This document shows, piece by piece, positions 1 to 10,298 of a stretch of DNA of 64,000 nucleotides; within the stretch, counting starts at the first letter, position 1; each line of letters starts with the position of its first letter. Below the pieces are notes generated by a model. It had not been told where the DNA came from. It did not search any database and was given only the letters and a program-made list of their open reading frames with translations. The stretch is from a virus, in the IMG/VR virus record IMGVR_UViG_3300025577_000001, positions 5,129-69,128 of that record. One strand, written 5' to 3'. Made by a program: the position numbers and the translations under genes.

Positions 1-873
1 GGTTAATAAGTCATAGCGATGCGCTTCAAGCCTTAACGATTCCTCAGCCTTTGGGTAAGCCTGATTGCCGCCCCACATTTCATACGGTAGGACAACCCTG
101 ACGACCGGCACACAGCCGAAGCCATGACGCACCATGTCAACTTGCGATACTTCGTAAGCATCATTGAATAAGCTTACATAGTCGCCTCTATCATTTAGAA
201 TACTTCGGATTTTGCCATCCACGACCTTAACGTAGGCCGCGTAGGTGCAGATGCATTCATCATCAATAAACGTCCACAGCGCTTTCATACGAGGCGCAGC
301 CGTTGGCGTCACCTCTTCGACAACCTGAAACACTTTCACCCAGGCAATAGCGCCGTCATCTTTTTCGTCCCAACTCAGTACTTGCGCAGAGCTATAGAGG
401 ATTACTCTAGGCTTCAGCCCTAACGCCTCTTCATCAGCCGCCGATCGTGGCGTGTAAGGCGCGCGCGGCTTATCGACATGCGCCCATACCTGGCGATAGG
501 GTAGGCAATGACTGAATAACTCGTTCAATAGCTGGCGCTCAGTGCGGCCTTTACCATCATTGTTTTCCCTGAACTCAGACCATAAGTCTTCGTCGATAGG
601 GCCTGATATGTGTACCTGGCCATTGCTAAACTTAGTTGCCAATTGCGACACCGCCGCACCAAGCACATTACTGTACGTGAATTTTTCTATTCGCGCCTTA
701 TAGATATCGTCCTCTTCGTCGCGGCGTTGCTTTAGAAATAATGATAATTTGTCACGCAGTTTATAGCCGCCCTTGACGAGCAATGCGATGCGCTCAATGT
801 GTGGCGACACCTCCGTGTACTCACCGCGCTCACTTTGTAAGACGCCAATCTTTAGCTTGTCTGGATAGTCCAT
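1..873 (-). CDS. Portal protein (DUF4055-like), 5' part only; runs off the left edge
   Basis: Manual translation: MDYPDKLKIG...LLVKGGYKL...FLKQRRDEEDDIYKARIEKFTYSNVLG, typical of the DUF4055-type portal N-terminus. GAGG RBS; lies downstream of the terminase genes. Confidence 0.75.
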   Translation of the reverse strand, partial: MDYPDKLKIGVLQSERGEYTEVSPHIERIALLVKGGYKLRDKLSLFLKQRRDEEDDIYKARIEKFTYSNVLGAAVSQLATKFSNGQVHISGPIDEDLWSEFRENNDGKGRTERQLLNELFSHCLPYRQVWAHVDKPRAPYTPRSAADEEALGLKPRVILYSSAQVLSWDEKDDGAIAWVKVFQVVEEVTPTAAPRMKALWTFIDDECICTYAAYVKVVDGKIRSILNDRGDYVSLFNDAYEVSQVDMVRHGFGCVPVVRVVLPYEMWGGNQAYPKAEESLRLEAHRYDLLT

Positions 874-957
874 ATTTTGTTTCCTCGCTCTTGTTGCGCC
901 TTGTTGCGATCACGGTTAATATCTATTCATTGCGGCAGGTTCGGGCTGGATATGTAC

Positions 958-1010
958 GCAAACACAGAAGAGCCCCTCAGATTTTCTCTGAGGGGCTCTT
1001 CTGTGTTTGC
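958..1010. terminator. 24-bp perfect inverted repeat with a 5-nt loop, probable terminator
   Basis: GCAAACACAGAAGAGCCCCTCAGA-ttttc-TCTGAGGGGCTCTTCTGTGTTTGC, directly after the 1025-1291 ORF. Confidence 0.7.
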
Positions 1011-1024
1011 TATTGCCCTGTGAC

Positions 1025-1291
1025 TTAAGTCACCATCACAAAGCCTTGCGCCTTGCTATAGCGTCGAATCGATTGCATCTGTGCACCCGTGAGAGTGCCT
1101 TGGGTCATCAGCGCTGTGTAAGTACTCGTCGCCATTACTCGCATCATCCGACGACGGCGGCCAACAATCATGTCAATCGCCTCTGGCACGGCTTCGCCTT
1201 CCATGATGGCGATATCGCCCAGCGTGTCGCCATCTTCGATCTTGACGGCTAAGTCCTCTAAGCCGTCGTAGTAAAGTACATCTAAAAACAT
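1025..1291 (-). CDS. Small hypothetical protein (moron-like insert in the head operon)
   Basis: ORF track 1025..1330; probable ATG at 1291; followed by a strong hairpin. Confidence 0.55.
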   Translation of the reverse strand: MFLDVLYYDGLEDLAVKIEDGDTLGDIAIMEGEAVPEAIDMIVGRRRRMMRVMATSTYTALMTQGTLTGAQMQSIRRYSKAQGFVMVT

Positions 1292-1438
1292 TGTATCTGT
1301 ATGGTTTTGTGAGAATGTGTGTGATAACAAGTATCTTTTATTAGTCTATGTACGGAGCCGACCGCGTAGGGGACTCACTCACAGACACTTTATATTCGTT
1401 CAAATTCACTCAGATTTAGCCAAATTCAGTGCATTTAC

Positions 1439-1984
1439 TTAAGCAACGCGTTCTAAAGTACACAGGCAATTACCGATGCACTGGCACGCCTGGCCCGGCA
1501 ATACCATATCGACCAGCCTCATGGGAGGTAGCGCAGAATACAGCACGCATTGCCGACAATGGTTAGAGCCGTGCAGGACACGTTTGAATAATACGTCTTC
1601 GCCGCGCGCATCTCGTGACCAGACTTGCCATGCCGCTGTGCGGGCGCTCTTTAGATATAGCGTCATCCGATGCGCAAACATGGCGATCGTAATCGCACCG
1701 AGCGCATACTCAGCGAATAGCTGCGATAGCGACCATTCCTTCGTTTCTGGGTTGTCTTGATCTTCTAATGCAGCGTTGACGATGGCGCGTTGCTCAGGCG
1801 TCAACGCACCGCTGGCCGTGGCTGTAGCGACAGACAAATATAGATTATCTAGCAGACTGCGCGCAGCCGCCTTGAATCTTGCCCAGGTTAGGTCGCCAGA
1901 TTCTAGCGATTCTAGATAGCTTTTTAGATCTGCTATTGCCGCCGCGATCAGCCTGTTAACTTTGTCACCCGGAAAATCTGCCAT
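1439..1984 (-). CDS. Head morphogenesis / minor capsid protein (Mu gpF/SPP1 gp7-like)
   Basis: C-terminal HCRQC...CQCIGNCLC cysteine cluster; lies between terL and portal. Confidence 0.65.
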   Translation of the reverse strand: MADFPGDKVNRLIAAAIADLKSYLESLESGDLTWARFKAAARSLLDNLYLSVATATASGALTPEQRAIVNAALEDQDNPETKEWSLSQLFAEYALGAITIAMFAHRMTLYLKSARTAAWQVWSRDARGEDVLFKRVLHGSNHCRQCVLYSALPPMRLVDMVLPGQACQCIGNCLCTLERVA

Positions 1985-2025
1985 GTTTTAGTATCAATGT
2001 ATTTTGAATGATGGCGTGATGCGCG

Positions 2026-3306
2026 TCACGCTACGCTATCAACCGGCATGATATAGCGTCCCTCTAGCTGGCAGATAATATAAAGTGTGGCGTCTATACT
2101 GTGATCGCTTTGGCCCTTGGCCGGTTCACTGAGTAAGCGGCCTTCACCATCTTTGGCGCGATGGTAGTCTGAGAATTCGCTATAGAGACAATGGCACTCA
2201 GGGCCAAGCCATAGACGCTTTTGATAAAATAATGAGTTGCCAATCAGGGCGCGTTCCATTACGCCAGGCTTAGAGCGTACGACTTGTACGGCCTTGGTCA
2301 TGCCGCTTAGTCCGTTATGCTTGCCATACCTTCGGAATGCGCGAATAGACGCAGGGCGATCGTCGGGCAAGAACCATCTCTCCACACCGTACACGCTTTC
2401 GAGTTCATGGGCCTTGGCTTCGACTTCGTCGCTAGTGACCGGCAGGCCCGTGGTGTTTCGCCATTGGTCTAATAGGTAATAGTGCGAGTCGTGGGAGATG
2501 CCGATGACTACCATCTGAGGATTAAGGTCGCCCCAGTCCATTCCGCCGAATACTGCGCGATAGCTGCTTGGCACTGCGTCAGCCTTTGCCGCGTTAGTGA
2601 TATGAGGGAATAGTTGCCCATCGAAGTCTTCAAAGCTGCCCATATATTCCTGGCGGAACACCTTGGGTGGCAACTGCTCTTCGGCCCGGCTTAGCTCTCT
2701 TCTCGATATAAACGGATTGTCGAAACTGGTCGCGTGAAAATACGCCCATGACTTCTCAAGATGCGCGCGCTTAGCAAACTCATAAAAGTGGCTATTCTTT
2801 CCTTTGGGCGTTCCGATCACTAAGGCTTGATAGCCTTTGTTGCGCACTAATGCGGGCTGGATAACTTTGTCCCACACTTCCGGTGAAAAGTCTTGATACT
2901 CATCAAGCCCAGCCCATGCCGGATTTAAGCCACGCAGGCGATCGCCTTGCCTGTCAGCACCCCGCACTACTAGATCAGGCCGATCGCCTTTCCAGATGAC
3001 TCGAAAGTCTGACTTATCACAGCGTTCGACAATGGGCAAACGTTCTAACAAATTTAGTAACGGTATCCAATGGATGGCGCGCGCCATCTTCAATGTGGGC
3101 ATCGCTATCAATGCAATCTGGGGCGAGATTGGATTGATAGGCCCGCGCCAGGTCAGGCAAAATAGAATGGCCGTCACAATCAACAAAACGCTTTTACCAA
3201 AACCGCGTCCCGCGCATAGCACCTTGACCTGGGCGCGATGCCTAAATATGCGAATTTGCTTATTGTGTAAGTCTAGGTTTATCCCTAGCGCTTGCAGCAG
3301 CATCAA
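2026..3306 (-). CDS. terL: Terminase large subunit
   Basis: Walker A CAGRGFGKS, Walker B GLDEYQD, coupling motif GTPKG, nuclease GMDWG and DHSIDA. Confidence 0.95.
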   Translation of the reverse strand: MMLLQALGINLDLHNKQIRIFRHRAQVKVLCAGRGFGKSVLLIVTAILFCLTWRGPINPISPQIALIAMPTLKMARAIHWIPLLNLLERLPIVERCDKSDFRVIWKGDRPDLVVRGADRQGDRLRGLNPAWAGLDEYQDFSPEVWDKVIQPALVRNKGYQALVIGTPKGKNSHFYEFAKRAHLEKSWAYFHATSFDNPFISRRELSRAEEQLPPKVFRQEYMGSFEDFDGQLFPHITNAAKADAVPSSYRAVFGGMDWGDLNPQMVVIGISHDSHYYLLDQWRNTTGLPVTSDEVEAKAHELESVYGVERWFLPDDRPASIRAFRRYGKHNGLSGMTKAVQVVRSKPGVMERALIGNSLFYQKRLWLGPECHCLYSEFSDYHRAKDGEGRLLSEPAKGQSDHSIDATLYIICQLEGRYIMPVDSVA

Positions 3307-3797
3307 TCATCTTCCTGGAAGTCGTCGCCGTCGTCAGTCCATTCATCATCATTAGGTTCTGCAACGTTGATCGTAATCTCAAACGCTTCGCGCGTCGCCT
3401 TATCAGCGTCTAAGATGCGTTCAATAATCCATCGCGACGGTGCGTAGCCAATGCGTACTTCAGTAAACGATCCTTCATTATCGCCGCTGCGCTCGATGGT
3501 GACTTTCCCGCGCGTCTTCAAATACTCTAGTATCCATTCATTCGCCAGGCGTTGCTTTTCCTGCAACTCCGCCACCTTGGCATCGACGTCAGCCGGATCG
3601 GGAATATGGCCATTACTGATAACGTCGTCTAGCTCAGGATACTTTTTGCGCCAAGTCGTTAGCGTGCGGCGCGTGATTCCCATCGCAGCGGCGATCTCAT
3701 TCTTCGTCGCATATTGCTTCGCCATGCGGCGCGCGATGTCTAATAGCTCCGGGCCGTATGACGAGTGTCCCTTGTTTGTCTTTTTTCGTATGCTCAT
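3303..3797 (-). CDS. terS: Terminase small subunit
   Basis: N-terminal HTH (TKNEIAAAMGITRRTLTTWRKKYPE), acidic tail, overlaps the terL start. Confidence 0.8.
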   Translation of the reverse strand: MSIRKKTNKGHSSYGPELLDIARRMAKQYATKNEIAAAMGITRRTLTTWRKKYPELDDVISNGHIPDPADVDAKVAELQEKQRLANEWILEYLKTRGKVTIERSGDNEGSFTEVRIGYAPSRWIIERILDADKATREAFEITINVAEPNDDEWTDDGDDFQEDD

Positions 3798-3833
3798 ACC
3801 TTTTAGTAGCCTTCAGATTTTGCCATCTTCAAT

Positions 3834-4361
3834 TCAGTACAAGCGTATCTCAGGCCATAGCACTGTCGCCAATGCGTCCAACGCCGACACATAGTCGCCG
3901 CGCTGCGCAGATGCAACCTCATCGAATAAGCAATGCTCAGCTATGATCGCCGCTTCGGCATTAGCTCCAATTAGCTTAAGCGCAGCGCAAATGTCTGAGG
4001 ATTCCAATACTGACAGCAGCGGCTTGCCGGGCACCAATTCACTGAGCGGTGCATTCACCCGCGTCGCGTCCACCATATCTAAAGCGCCCGCATAATACTG
4101 CGCCAATGCTTCGGCCAATTCTTCTAGGTCAATACAATGCGCTGCGGGCGCGATCGTCGAAGTCTTTGGCGTGGATGCGACATGATAGCGCGGCGGCGTC
4201 TCACGGTGCCTTAGATGCCTAGCACTGAATCTGGCGACGCCCTTGAAATCTGGGGTTATGGCTAGCGCGCTTTGCATCGTCATCATAAGGTCTGTCACTA
4301 ATTGCTTCGTTTTCTGCTTCCATTGTAAACGAGAATTAGAGGGCGCTTTGATAGACCTCAT
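3834..4361 (-). CDS. Hypothetical protein
   Basis: 175-aa ORF in operon context. Confidence 0.55.
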   Translation of the reverse strand: MRSIKAPSNSRLQWKQKTKQLVTDLMMTMQSALAITPDFKGVARFSARHLRHRETPPRYHVASTPKTSTIAPAAHCIDLEELAEALAQYYAGALDMVDATRVNAPLSELVPGKPLLSVLESSDICAALKLIGANAEAAIIAEHCLFDEVASAQRGDYVSALDALATVLWPEIRLY

Positions 4362-4878
4362 CGTTGTAGACGAGTATTCGACTATTCAAGGCGTCAGCAG
4401 TTCGAGCCTCATAGCGCTGGTTGATGAACGCTTCTAGGTTTTGGTTCAACCATTCCTTTACCCGCTTTGCGCCGTCAGTGTCACCACGCTTTAGGCAATG
4501 GCGGTAAGCATGACGCGCGCCCGCACATTCAGCACCGCGCGCTGCAAGGCGATAGTGCGGACTCATGCGTAAAAATAGATGCCATAGGAACGAAGGCGTC
4601 ACACCCCATCGCTTAGCGACGGCCTTAACGCTATCGCCCGACAGGACGTAATCAAGTAGCATCTGTCGCCTGTCGCCTGCCCAGTCCCATCGAAGCTTGT
4701 AATCTGCGTCAGACTGCTTTAGCGCCCGGTAGACGGTGGTGAGGCTTGTGTTGTACGCCTTGGCGATCTTCATTGCGCTCAGGCCCGCGCAATAGCGCTT
4801 ATAAGCTTCGGTGTTTAACGCGCGGCTGGCCGTCGATAAGGTGCGATTGCTGTGTCGTTTGACCTTGGTGTTTTCCAT
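4336..4878 (-). CDS. Double-HTH DNA-binding protein, candidate late-gene regulator
   Basis: Two HTH-like segments (SAMKIAKAYNTSLTTVYRAL; SVKAVAKRWGVTPSFLWHL), upstream of terS. Confidence 0.6.
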   Translation of the reverse strand: MENTKVKRHSNRTLSTASRALNTEAYKRYCAGLSAMKIAKAYNTSLTTVYRALKQSDADYKLRWDWAGDRRQMLLDYVLSGDSVKAVAKRWGVTPSFLWHLFLRMSPHYRLAARGAECAGARHAYRHCLKRGDTDGAKRVKEWLNQNLEAFINQRYEARTADALNSRILVYNDEVYQSAL

Positions 4879-4957
4879 ATTTCGCCTCGTTTTTTAGAGC
4901 TAGTAAAAAGCAAAAGCGAAAATAGGGCTTTCGCTTTTGCGCCTTCAGTGCGGTCCG

Positions 4958-7900
4958 TTACGCCGGTACTAAGACTTTTCCTGTCGCCTGAAGATTGACT
5001 AGGTAGGCTTGAGTCTCGTGGCTCAAACTTCTAAACGCCGCAGTCCACAATTCGGGTGATTGAGCCCGCATTATTGCCCTAAGTTCGGTAAATTCCTCGT
5101 CGGTGGTGACCATTTCTATCAGGTCTGCGATGTCTTTAACGTCGCCTGGGTCTAATTTCATGGTGTGCTCCGGCGCGCCCTGATAAACGGGTTCGATTTG
5201 GGGTGTGATTCGGTCTGATTCGAAGTCAACAGATGCGTCTATATCTCTATTATAAGGATCTGTTGTCTTTTTATCTGTTGTCTTTTCTGGCTGTAAGTCG
5301 CTCTGCGACTCAGCTTCAGCGTTTAGGTCATTTTTCGCCTTTTCAATCAGTGCTTCGTCAGCATCCTGACGGATAATCGCAAACTTTTCGTAGTCGATAA
5401 TGGGTGTTTTGACCCCATCTTTTTCGATGATCAGCTTATCGACGAGGCCATATTTATGTACCTGGCGACCGTCGATAGTGACGCGCCCTTGTGATTTGAC
5501 ATCGAGGTGCATCGTCTTTAGTAATGACTTAATCAAAGTGATGGGCTTTGACACTTCGATGTCGTGAGTATCGGGCGCGTCGCCTTTACCAAAGATGACG
5601 ATCTTCTTCCCGACCGTGATATTTAGTACAGACTTCACATCGTCGGCCTGAGCTTTCATCTTTTCTATGATGCTAACGACCTGGGGAGATACTTCGGTGA
5701 TGACGGCATCAGGCTTTGATAGATGCGCCAGCAATGCGGGCACGCCTAGATCTTCCTGCATCGCCACCTTATGAGACTGAGCAGTGCGCAAGATGTCATC
5801 AGCCCAGGTGCGACCGCGCTTAGCGCCCTGTTGAGCCTTGGCTGCATCGCGCTTCGCGGCCTGCTTAGCACCTAGTGATAGATATAGGCGGCTGAGTAGT
5901 TTTAGATATAGGCCGTTCTTTTCCTCTTTTATTAGCTCAGGTGTGACGGCATCGGCGTCTATGCCGTATCGTTCACAGGCTTTGGCCTTGGTGATCTGCT
6001 GTCCTTCAGTGCGGGTGCGTTGGTGCTTTGCTTCGAGTGTCGGTAGATCGACGTTATCAATGGGGACAACGCTGGTTTCTTTATTGTTGATATCAGCGCT
6101 TTGGTCACGGCAGGCTTTTAGCTCAGCCTTGAATTCTTTTTTCTCGATCGGGTCCATCGCCGCCCATCCGGGAATGAATGCGATGTCTACGGTGTAGTTA
6201 GCCGCGCGCAGCAGGTTAAAGAAACCTTCAGCATAAGCGCGGGCCTCGCCATTGCGCTTCGCCTCCATCCGCATCGCATAGCCTTGCCATAGACGGCCCA
6301 CATTGCCGCCAACGAGTAAAGTGTCATCGGGTAGGTAGAATACGTCAGCATTGACCAAAGATCTTATATAGGCTTCCCATCGGTTGTTCTTGCCAGCGGC
6401 TAATAGAGCGTGGTCGGTTGCGCCATTGCCGTAAGGTGCGGGCACAATCTCTTTGCAGAATACGAAGCGTTTGATATTGGTAGGGCGATAGCGCGCCGTG
6501 GACTGCATACAATCGTCAATGCTGCCCGCGCCATTCTCAATCTGAAAAAAGCAATCAAAACCGCCTTGCTCAAAACTAATACCAGTAGAGCAAGCGTTAG
6601 TGTAGAGCACGTAATCATATTTGCCGAATATTTCAGCTTGACGATCGCGTCTTACGTCGGAATCAGGATGATTGAGATAAGAAAGGATGCGGACAGATTC
6701 GACGCGGTCTTTAGTCTCCACGCCGCCGTCAGCGTCAACAGCGATCGAAATTTCGCCAGCCTTGACTTCTATATATGTATTCGGATTGGATGGATCGTTG
6801 CAGGTCTCAGAGTCTAATACCAAGCCTTTTAGATGTGGGTAGCGCTGCTGTGCCCATCGTGAGATTGTCTGAGTGCTATAGAGCGAGGTGTCTTGTTGGC
6901 CGCTTAGCTTGGCGATAAAGCGCTCACCATTCTGCATCGCCTCGTCCATGCGGAAGAATACTTCAGCCGCTTCAGCGCAGCGATAGACGCGGCCCATGTC
7001 GCGCTTATGAGTATTGACGACGACCAAGACCTGAGCCATCGGAATGCCCATTGTGCGGGCGTAAGTTTCAATATGTAGATCGCTTAGGCCCGCACTCATC
7101 AAGAGCACTTGCTTTGAGCGATGCCCGGCCTTAGATATATTTTCCAGGCACTCAGTACGGACGTGCTTGATAGCGGTCTGCGCGGCGACCATGTGATCGG
7201 CGACCTGATCGGCTTCGTCGAAGATAGTGCGACAATGAGCCGGAACGTTACCGGTAAAGTGAGCCTTACTCTTCATGTGGCCACTGTCAGCCGTTAGGAC
7301 GGAGCCTTCAAAGCTGCCATACATTTCCAGCTCTTGAGTCACGGGCAAGCCGTACATTTCGCCTTGTGATTCGCCTAATGCATTACGATGCGTGACGGCC
7401 AAAGTATAGGGCGAATCTTCTTGAGCGTGAGCCCAATCAAGATATCCCTTGATTAGCTGAGTTTTACCCGTGCCGCAATCGCTAACAAGGGCGATCAACT
7501 TATAGTCGCTGAAGGCGGAAAACAATTCGTCAGACGAATGAGGCAGATAACCATAGTCGCGTTCAAAGCCAGGCGTTGCCGTCGCGCCCGACTTGCGAGT
7601 ACCGGGCAGCTCGATAGATGGAATCGTTAGCGCCGGGCAACGCAATGCAAATTCATCCCATGCCAGCAATTCATATTCGACTGGCCCGATCTCGTCGATG
7701 TCGGTGCCATTACCCAATGCATCTTTCTTGGCCATCTGGCCGTACCAGATGACGCGAAAGCTGATACCGGCTGCATCGCACTTTTTGGCAAGTGCCTTAA
7801 CGCCATTTAGAACATTACGGTTCATGACCGCGCCGCCGTCAATAGCTAGGCGTAATTCTCTTACGCCGAATAATTTGCACTGCGACTTGATTTGCTTCCA

Positions 7901-8761
7901 TGACGTTGATGCCCAGTGCGAACCGGCGACGCCTAGTACAAAGCGACCCAGGTCAATGCCGTGGATATCAGCGCGCTGTAGTGCCACCCAAGGCTTAAGA
8001 AAGCCTTCGGTAATAGTCGCGTGCGACGCGTCCGAACCTTCGACTGCGTGAACAGTAATGGGATTTTCGTCATGGCGACGAAGCTTAGCATTACCGTCTT
8101 TACTTAGCCAAAGATATTTCGCACCGCTCCAACCGGTCGCAACCTGTGCGCCAAGATGGACAGATGCGATGCCGCCGCCGGGAGCTTTTCTATACTGACG
8201 GCCAACAATCGCCATGCCGGACGGCCCGGCATATCCGTTATCGTCCCACTTACCAGGCAACGCCCGGCGATCAGGATTGTCGCCTTTTTCAATACTGAAC
8301 AAAAGACCTTCAGTTGTCGCCTGGCGGATTGCCTCAGCGCTGACGCCGCGCGCCTGCGTCTTCGCGCGCCAAGCATCTTCAAGGCCGTTAGCCCAGGCCC
8401 AGGCCCGCAGGTTCTCGTCAACTTTCGGTTCTTCTGATTTCTTTACGCCAGGCAATTCAAAAGACTTAGCCTTGGCTGTTTGAGCAGGCGCGGGCAGCTT
8501 AGACGATAAAGAGCCAGCCGCGTAAGTCGTCTGTGCCCTCTTACTCTTATCCCACTTAGCCGCCGGTATCCATGTGCCGGAGCCTGCGCGATCGGTGCCC
8601 TTGAATCGGTAACCATTAGAGCTTTCGCCATGATGGCCATCGCGACGTACCCAGCAGCTAATAAAACCGCTTTCCCATTCGCGGCACTTCTTACCTGAAT
8701 TCTTCTTAGTGCGATCGGCCCGGCATACTGGGCAATCTGATAGAGACTTAAACTGAGCCAT
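4958..8761 (-). CDS. Replication initiator, CyRepA1-like: Zn finger + DUF3854 TOPRIM primase + SF2 (UL9-like) helicase
   Basis: N-terminal CPVC...C...C, ITEGFLKP and LAIDG TOPRIM motifs, Walker A SDCGTGKT, THRNALG, DEADQV, TGISF, QSTARYR. Confidence 0.85.
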   Translation of the reverse strand: MAQFKSLSDCPVCRADRTKKNSGKKCREWESGFISCWVRRDGHHGESSNGYRFKGTDRAGSGTWIPAAKWDKSKRAQTTYAAGSLSSKLPAPAQTAKAKSFELPGVKKSEEPKVDENLRAWAWANGLEDAWRAKTQARGVSAEAIRQATTEGLLFSIEKGDNPDRRALPGKWDDNGYAGPSGMAIVGRQYRKAPGGGIASVHLGAQVATGWSGAKYLWLSKDGNAKLRRHDENPITVHAVEGSDASHATITEGFLKPWVALQRADIHGIDLGRFVLGVAGSHWASTSWKQIKSQCKLFGVRELRLAIDGGAVMNRNVLNGVKALAKKCDAAGISFRVIWYGQMAKKDALGNGTDIDEIGPVEYELLAWDEFALRCPALTIPSIELPGTRKSGATATPGFERDYGYLPHSSDELFSAFSDYKLIALVSDCGTGKTQLIKGYLDWAHAQEDSPYTLAVTHRNALGESQGEMYGLPVTQELEMYGSFEGSVLTADSGHMKSKAHFTGNVPAHCRTIFDEADQVADHMVAAQTAIKHVRTECLENISKAGHRSKQVLLMSAGLSDLHIETYARTMGIPMAQVLVVVNTHKRDMGRVYRCAEAAEVFFRMDEAMQNGERFIAKLSGQQDTSLYSTQTISRWAQQRYPHLKGLVLDSETCNDPSNPNTYIEVKAGEISIAVDADGGVETKDRVESVRILSYLNHPDSDVRRDRQAEIFGKYDYVLYTNACSTGISFEQGGFDCFFQIENGAGSIDDCMQSTARYRPTNIKRFVFCKEIVPAPYGNGATDHALLAAGKNNRWEAYIRSLVNADVFYLPDDTLLVGGNVGRLWQGYAMRMEAKRNGEARAYAEGFFNLLRAANYTVDIAFIPGWAAMDPIEKKEFKAELKACRDQSADINNKETSVVPIDNVDLPTLEAKHQRTRTEGQQITKAKACERYGIDADAVTPELIKEEKNGLYLKLLSRLYLSLGAKQAAKRDAAKAQQGAKRGRTWADDILRTAQSHKVAMQEDLGVPALLAHLSKPDAVITEVSPQVVSIIEKMKAQADDVKSVLNITVGKKIVIFGKGDAPDTHDIEVSKPITLIKSLLKTMHLDVKSQGRVTIDGRQVHKYGLVDKLIIEKDGVKTPIIDYEKFAIIRQDADEALIEKAKNDLNAEAESQSDLQPEKTTDKKTTDPYNRDIDASVDFESDRITPQIEPVYQGAPEHTMKLDPGDVKDIADLIEMVTTDEEFTELRAIMRAQSPELWTAAFRSLSHETQAYLVNLQATGKVLVPA
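5223..5287. repeat. Dispersed origin-like element, copy 0 (inside the rep 3' end)
   Basis: AAGTCAACAGA-AT-rich core (TATATCTCTATTATAAGGA)-TCTGTTGTCTT x2; encodes KTTDKKTTDPYNRDI in Rep. Confidence 0.85.
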
Positions 8762-9163
8762 TTATACGCCCTCCTGTAGTGTCTGTGAGGACGCTGAAAA
8801 AACAAATTGCCCTTTCCCGCTCCGGTCGTTTATACTTGTCATGTCAGCCATTGGGTTTACTTCTTTTACTTCTTTGCTGTCACCCGTCCATGCTTTCGTC
8901 GGCTGTGGACTCATATACAACACCCGAAACCCAGGAAATCCCATTTCTGGGTTTTTTGTTGGCGATGTAAACTTATCCACAGAGCAAACCTGAACGCTGA
9001 CTACATAGTACTCTATCACGATTGCAATTGCACGAAATGCAGCAATATATGTAAATAAGTTCGCTATTCGCCAGTGTGATTTGAATCGCAATCCATTCTA
9101 AAACATATTGACATAGGGTCATCAAGGGCGCTACATTCTAGACAGTTCTTGAGGATCAGCGAA

Positions 9164-9877
9164 ATGGTAACATCAGCAACGGCGGCGAAAAAGAAGCAAA
9201 GGACACGCAAGCCGCGCGCGTCCAGACGAAAAGTGAAGCAACAAAAAATGCAGAAATCTTTCACGCCTGAGATCGGCAGCCGTCGCGCTGCGAGTATGGG
9301 TGTCAATTCTGACGGCAGCATTCCGCCGTTCGATCAGCTACCGGGCGAAGTAAAACGCACGGCCCTTGAATATCTCATCAAGTCGACGGTGCCAAAGATG
9401 CGGCCTGATTCGACTATTTCAACCGAGCAGCTTCAGATCGTCGCAGGCTGGGCTAACGAATATCAAGAGGAATTAGAAATATTGCCGGAGTCGCCGGTAA
9501 GAATTCGATATCTAGGCATCCGTCAGCTATTCACAGAGCTACACAAATTAAAGCTAGTGCAAGAGCATCGGCAGCGTCAAAGCAATCTACGGCAGGTCGT
9601 AGCTGAGTGCACGGGTTATGAAGCATTGCCGACGGCGGGCAGTCCTGAATGGCCGATCGCGCCATCGCTCTTGTACATTGGGTCAACGCTCGCCACGTTA
9701 GCGGGTGAGCAATCGACAGTCCGCCCGGCGATTCCTTTACTCGGTGCGATGGCCGTACTGAAGTATCAAGGAATCTTAGTCGCGGGCATTCAGCCTGGGC
9801 TTAGCGATGAGCAAATCTACGCCAGTGCATACGGCCCAAGGCATCTGAATTATTTTAAGAAGCCGCGACGCCGTTAA
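9164..9877 (+). CDS. Hypothetical protein with a basic N-terminus, divergent from rep
   Basis: ORF with GAGG RBS before ATG 9164; followed by a long hairpin. Confidence 0.65.
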   Translation: MVTSATAAKKKQRTRKPRASRRKVKQQKMQKSFTPEIGSRRAASMGVNSDGSIPPFDQLPGEVKRTALEYLIKSTVPKMRPDSTISTEQLQIVAGWANEYQEELEILPESPVRIRYLGIRQLFTELHKLKLVQEHRQRQSNLRQVVAECTGYEALPTAGSPEWPIAPSLLYIGSTLATLAGEQSTVRPAIPLLGAMAVLKYQGILVAGIQPGLSDEQIYASAYGPRHLNYFKKPRRR

Positions 9878-9888
9878 GGCTTATCGTG

Positions 9889-9943
9889 TCCAAGCACAAG
9901 AAAGCCCGATCAGTCATCCTGATCGGGCTTTCTTGTGCTTGGA
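9889..9943. terminator. 25-bp inverted repeat, bidirectional terminator
   Basis: TCCAAGCACAAGAAAGCCCGATCAG-tcatc-CTGATCGGGCTTTCTTGTGCTTGGA. Confidence 0.75.
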
Positions 9944-9959
9944 TTCAGCGCCAGCGCAA

Positions 9960-10250
9960 TAGACAAAACAGCGGACTACCTTGGCCCGCTCTGTATGTGC
10001 CCACGCCTGGAAGCAATAGGCGCATAGACAGTAAAAAACCCTTTCCCCCACGCCTGGAAGCAAATGGGAAAAGGGTTTAGGCCGAAAACCTATCAACGAA
10101 ACCAAACGTGAATAAGAATATATCGGCTATTACTTCCTAAAACCGATTCCCCCGCGCCTAGTAAACAACGGGAAATGGGTTCAAGGCTTTTCAGACGTTC
10201 ACAAGCACAACCCAACGAAAACTAAAAACCTTAGGTCGGCTATTACAGTA
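9960..10250 (-). ncRNA. Putative multi-hairpin small RNA with repeated loops
   Basis: Three stem-loops share CCC(A/G)CGCCT(G/A)G; TCGGCTATTAC occurs twice; no credible ORF; TATACT upstream on the minus strand. Confidence 0.4.
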
Positions 10251-10298
10251 TAGACCAAAGACGCGCCGTCAAGCTGTCAACTTAAGAACGATTTTGAT

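Noticed and set aside
8762-9091. 109-aa ORF / leader peptide upstream of rep
   Set aside because: It overlaps the promoter region and a hairpin; a short leader from the ATG near 8850 is possible but unsupported
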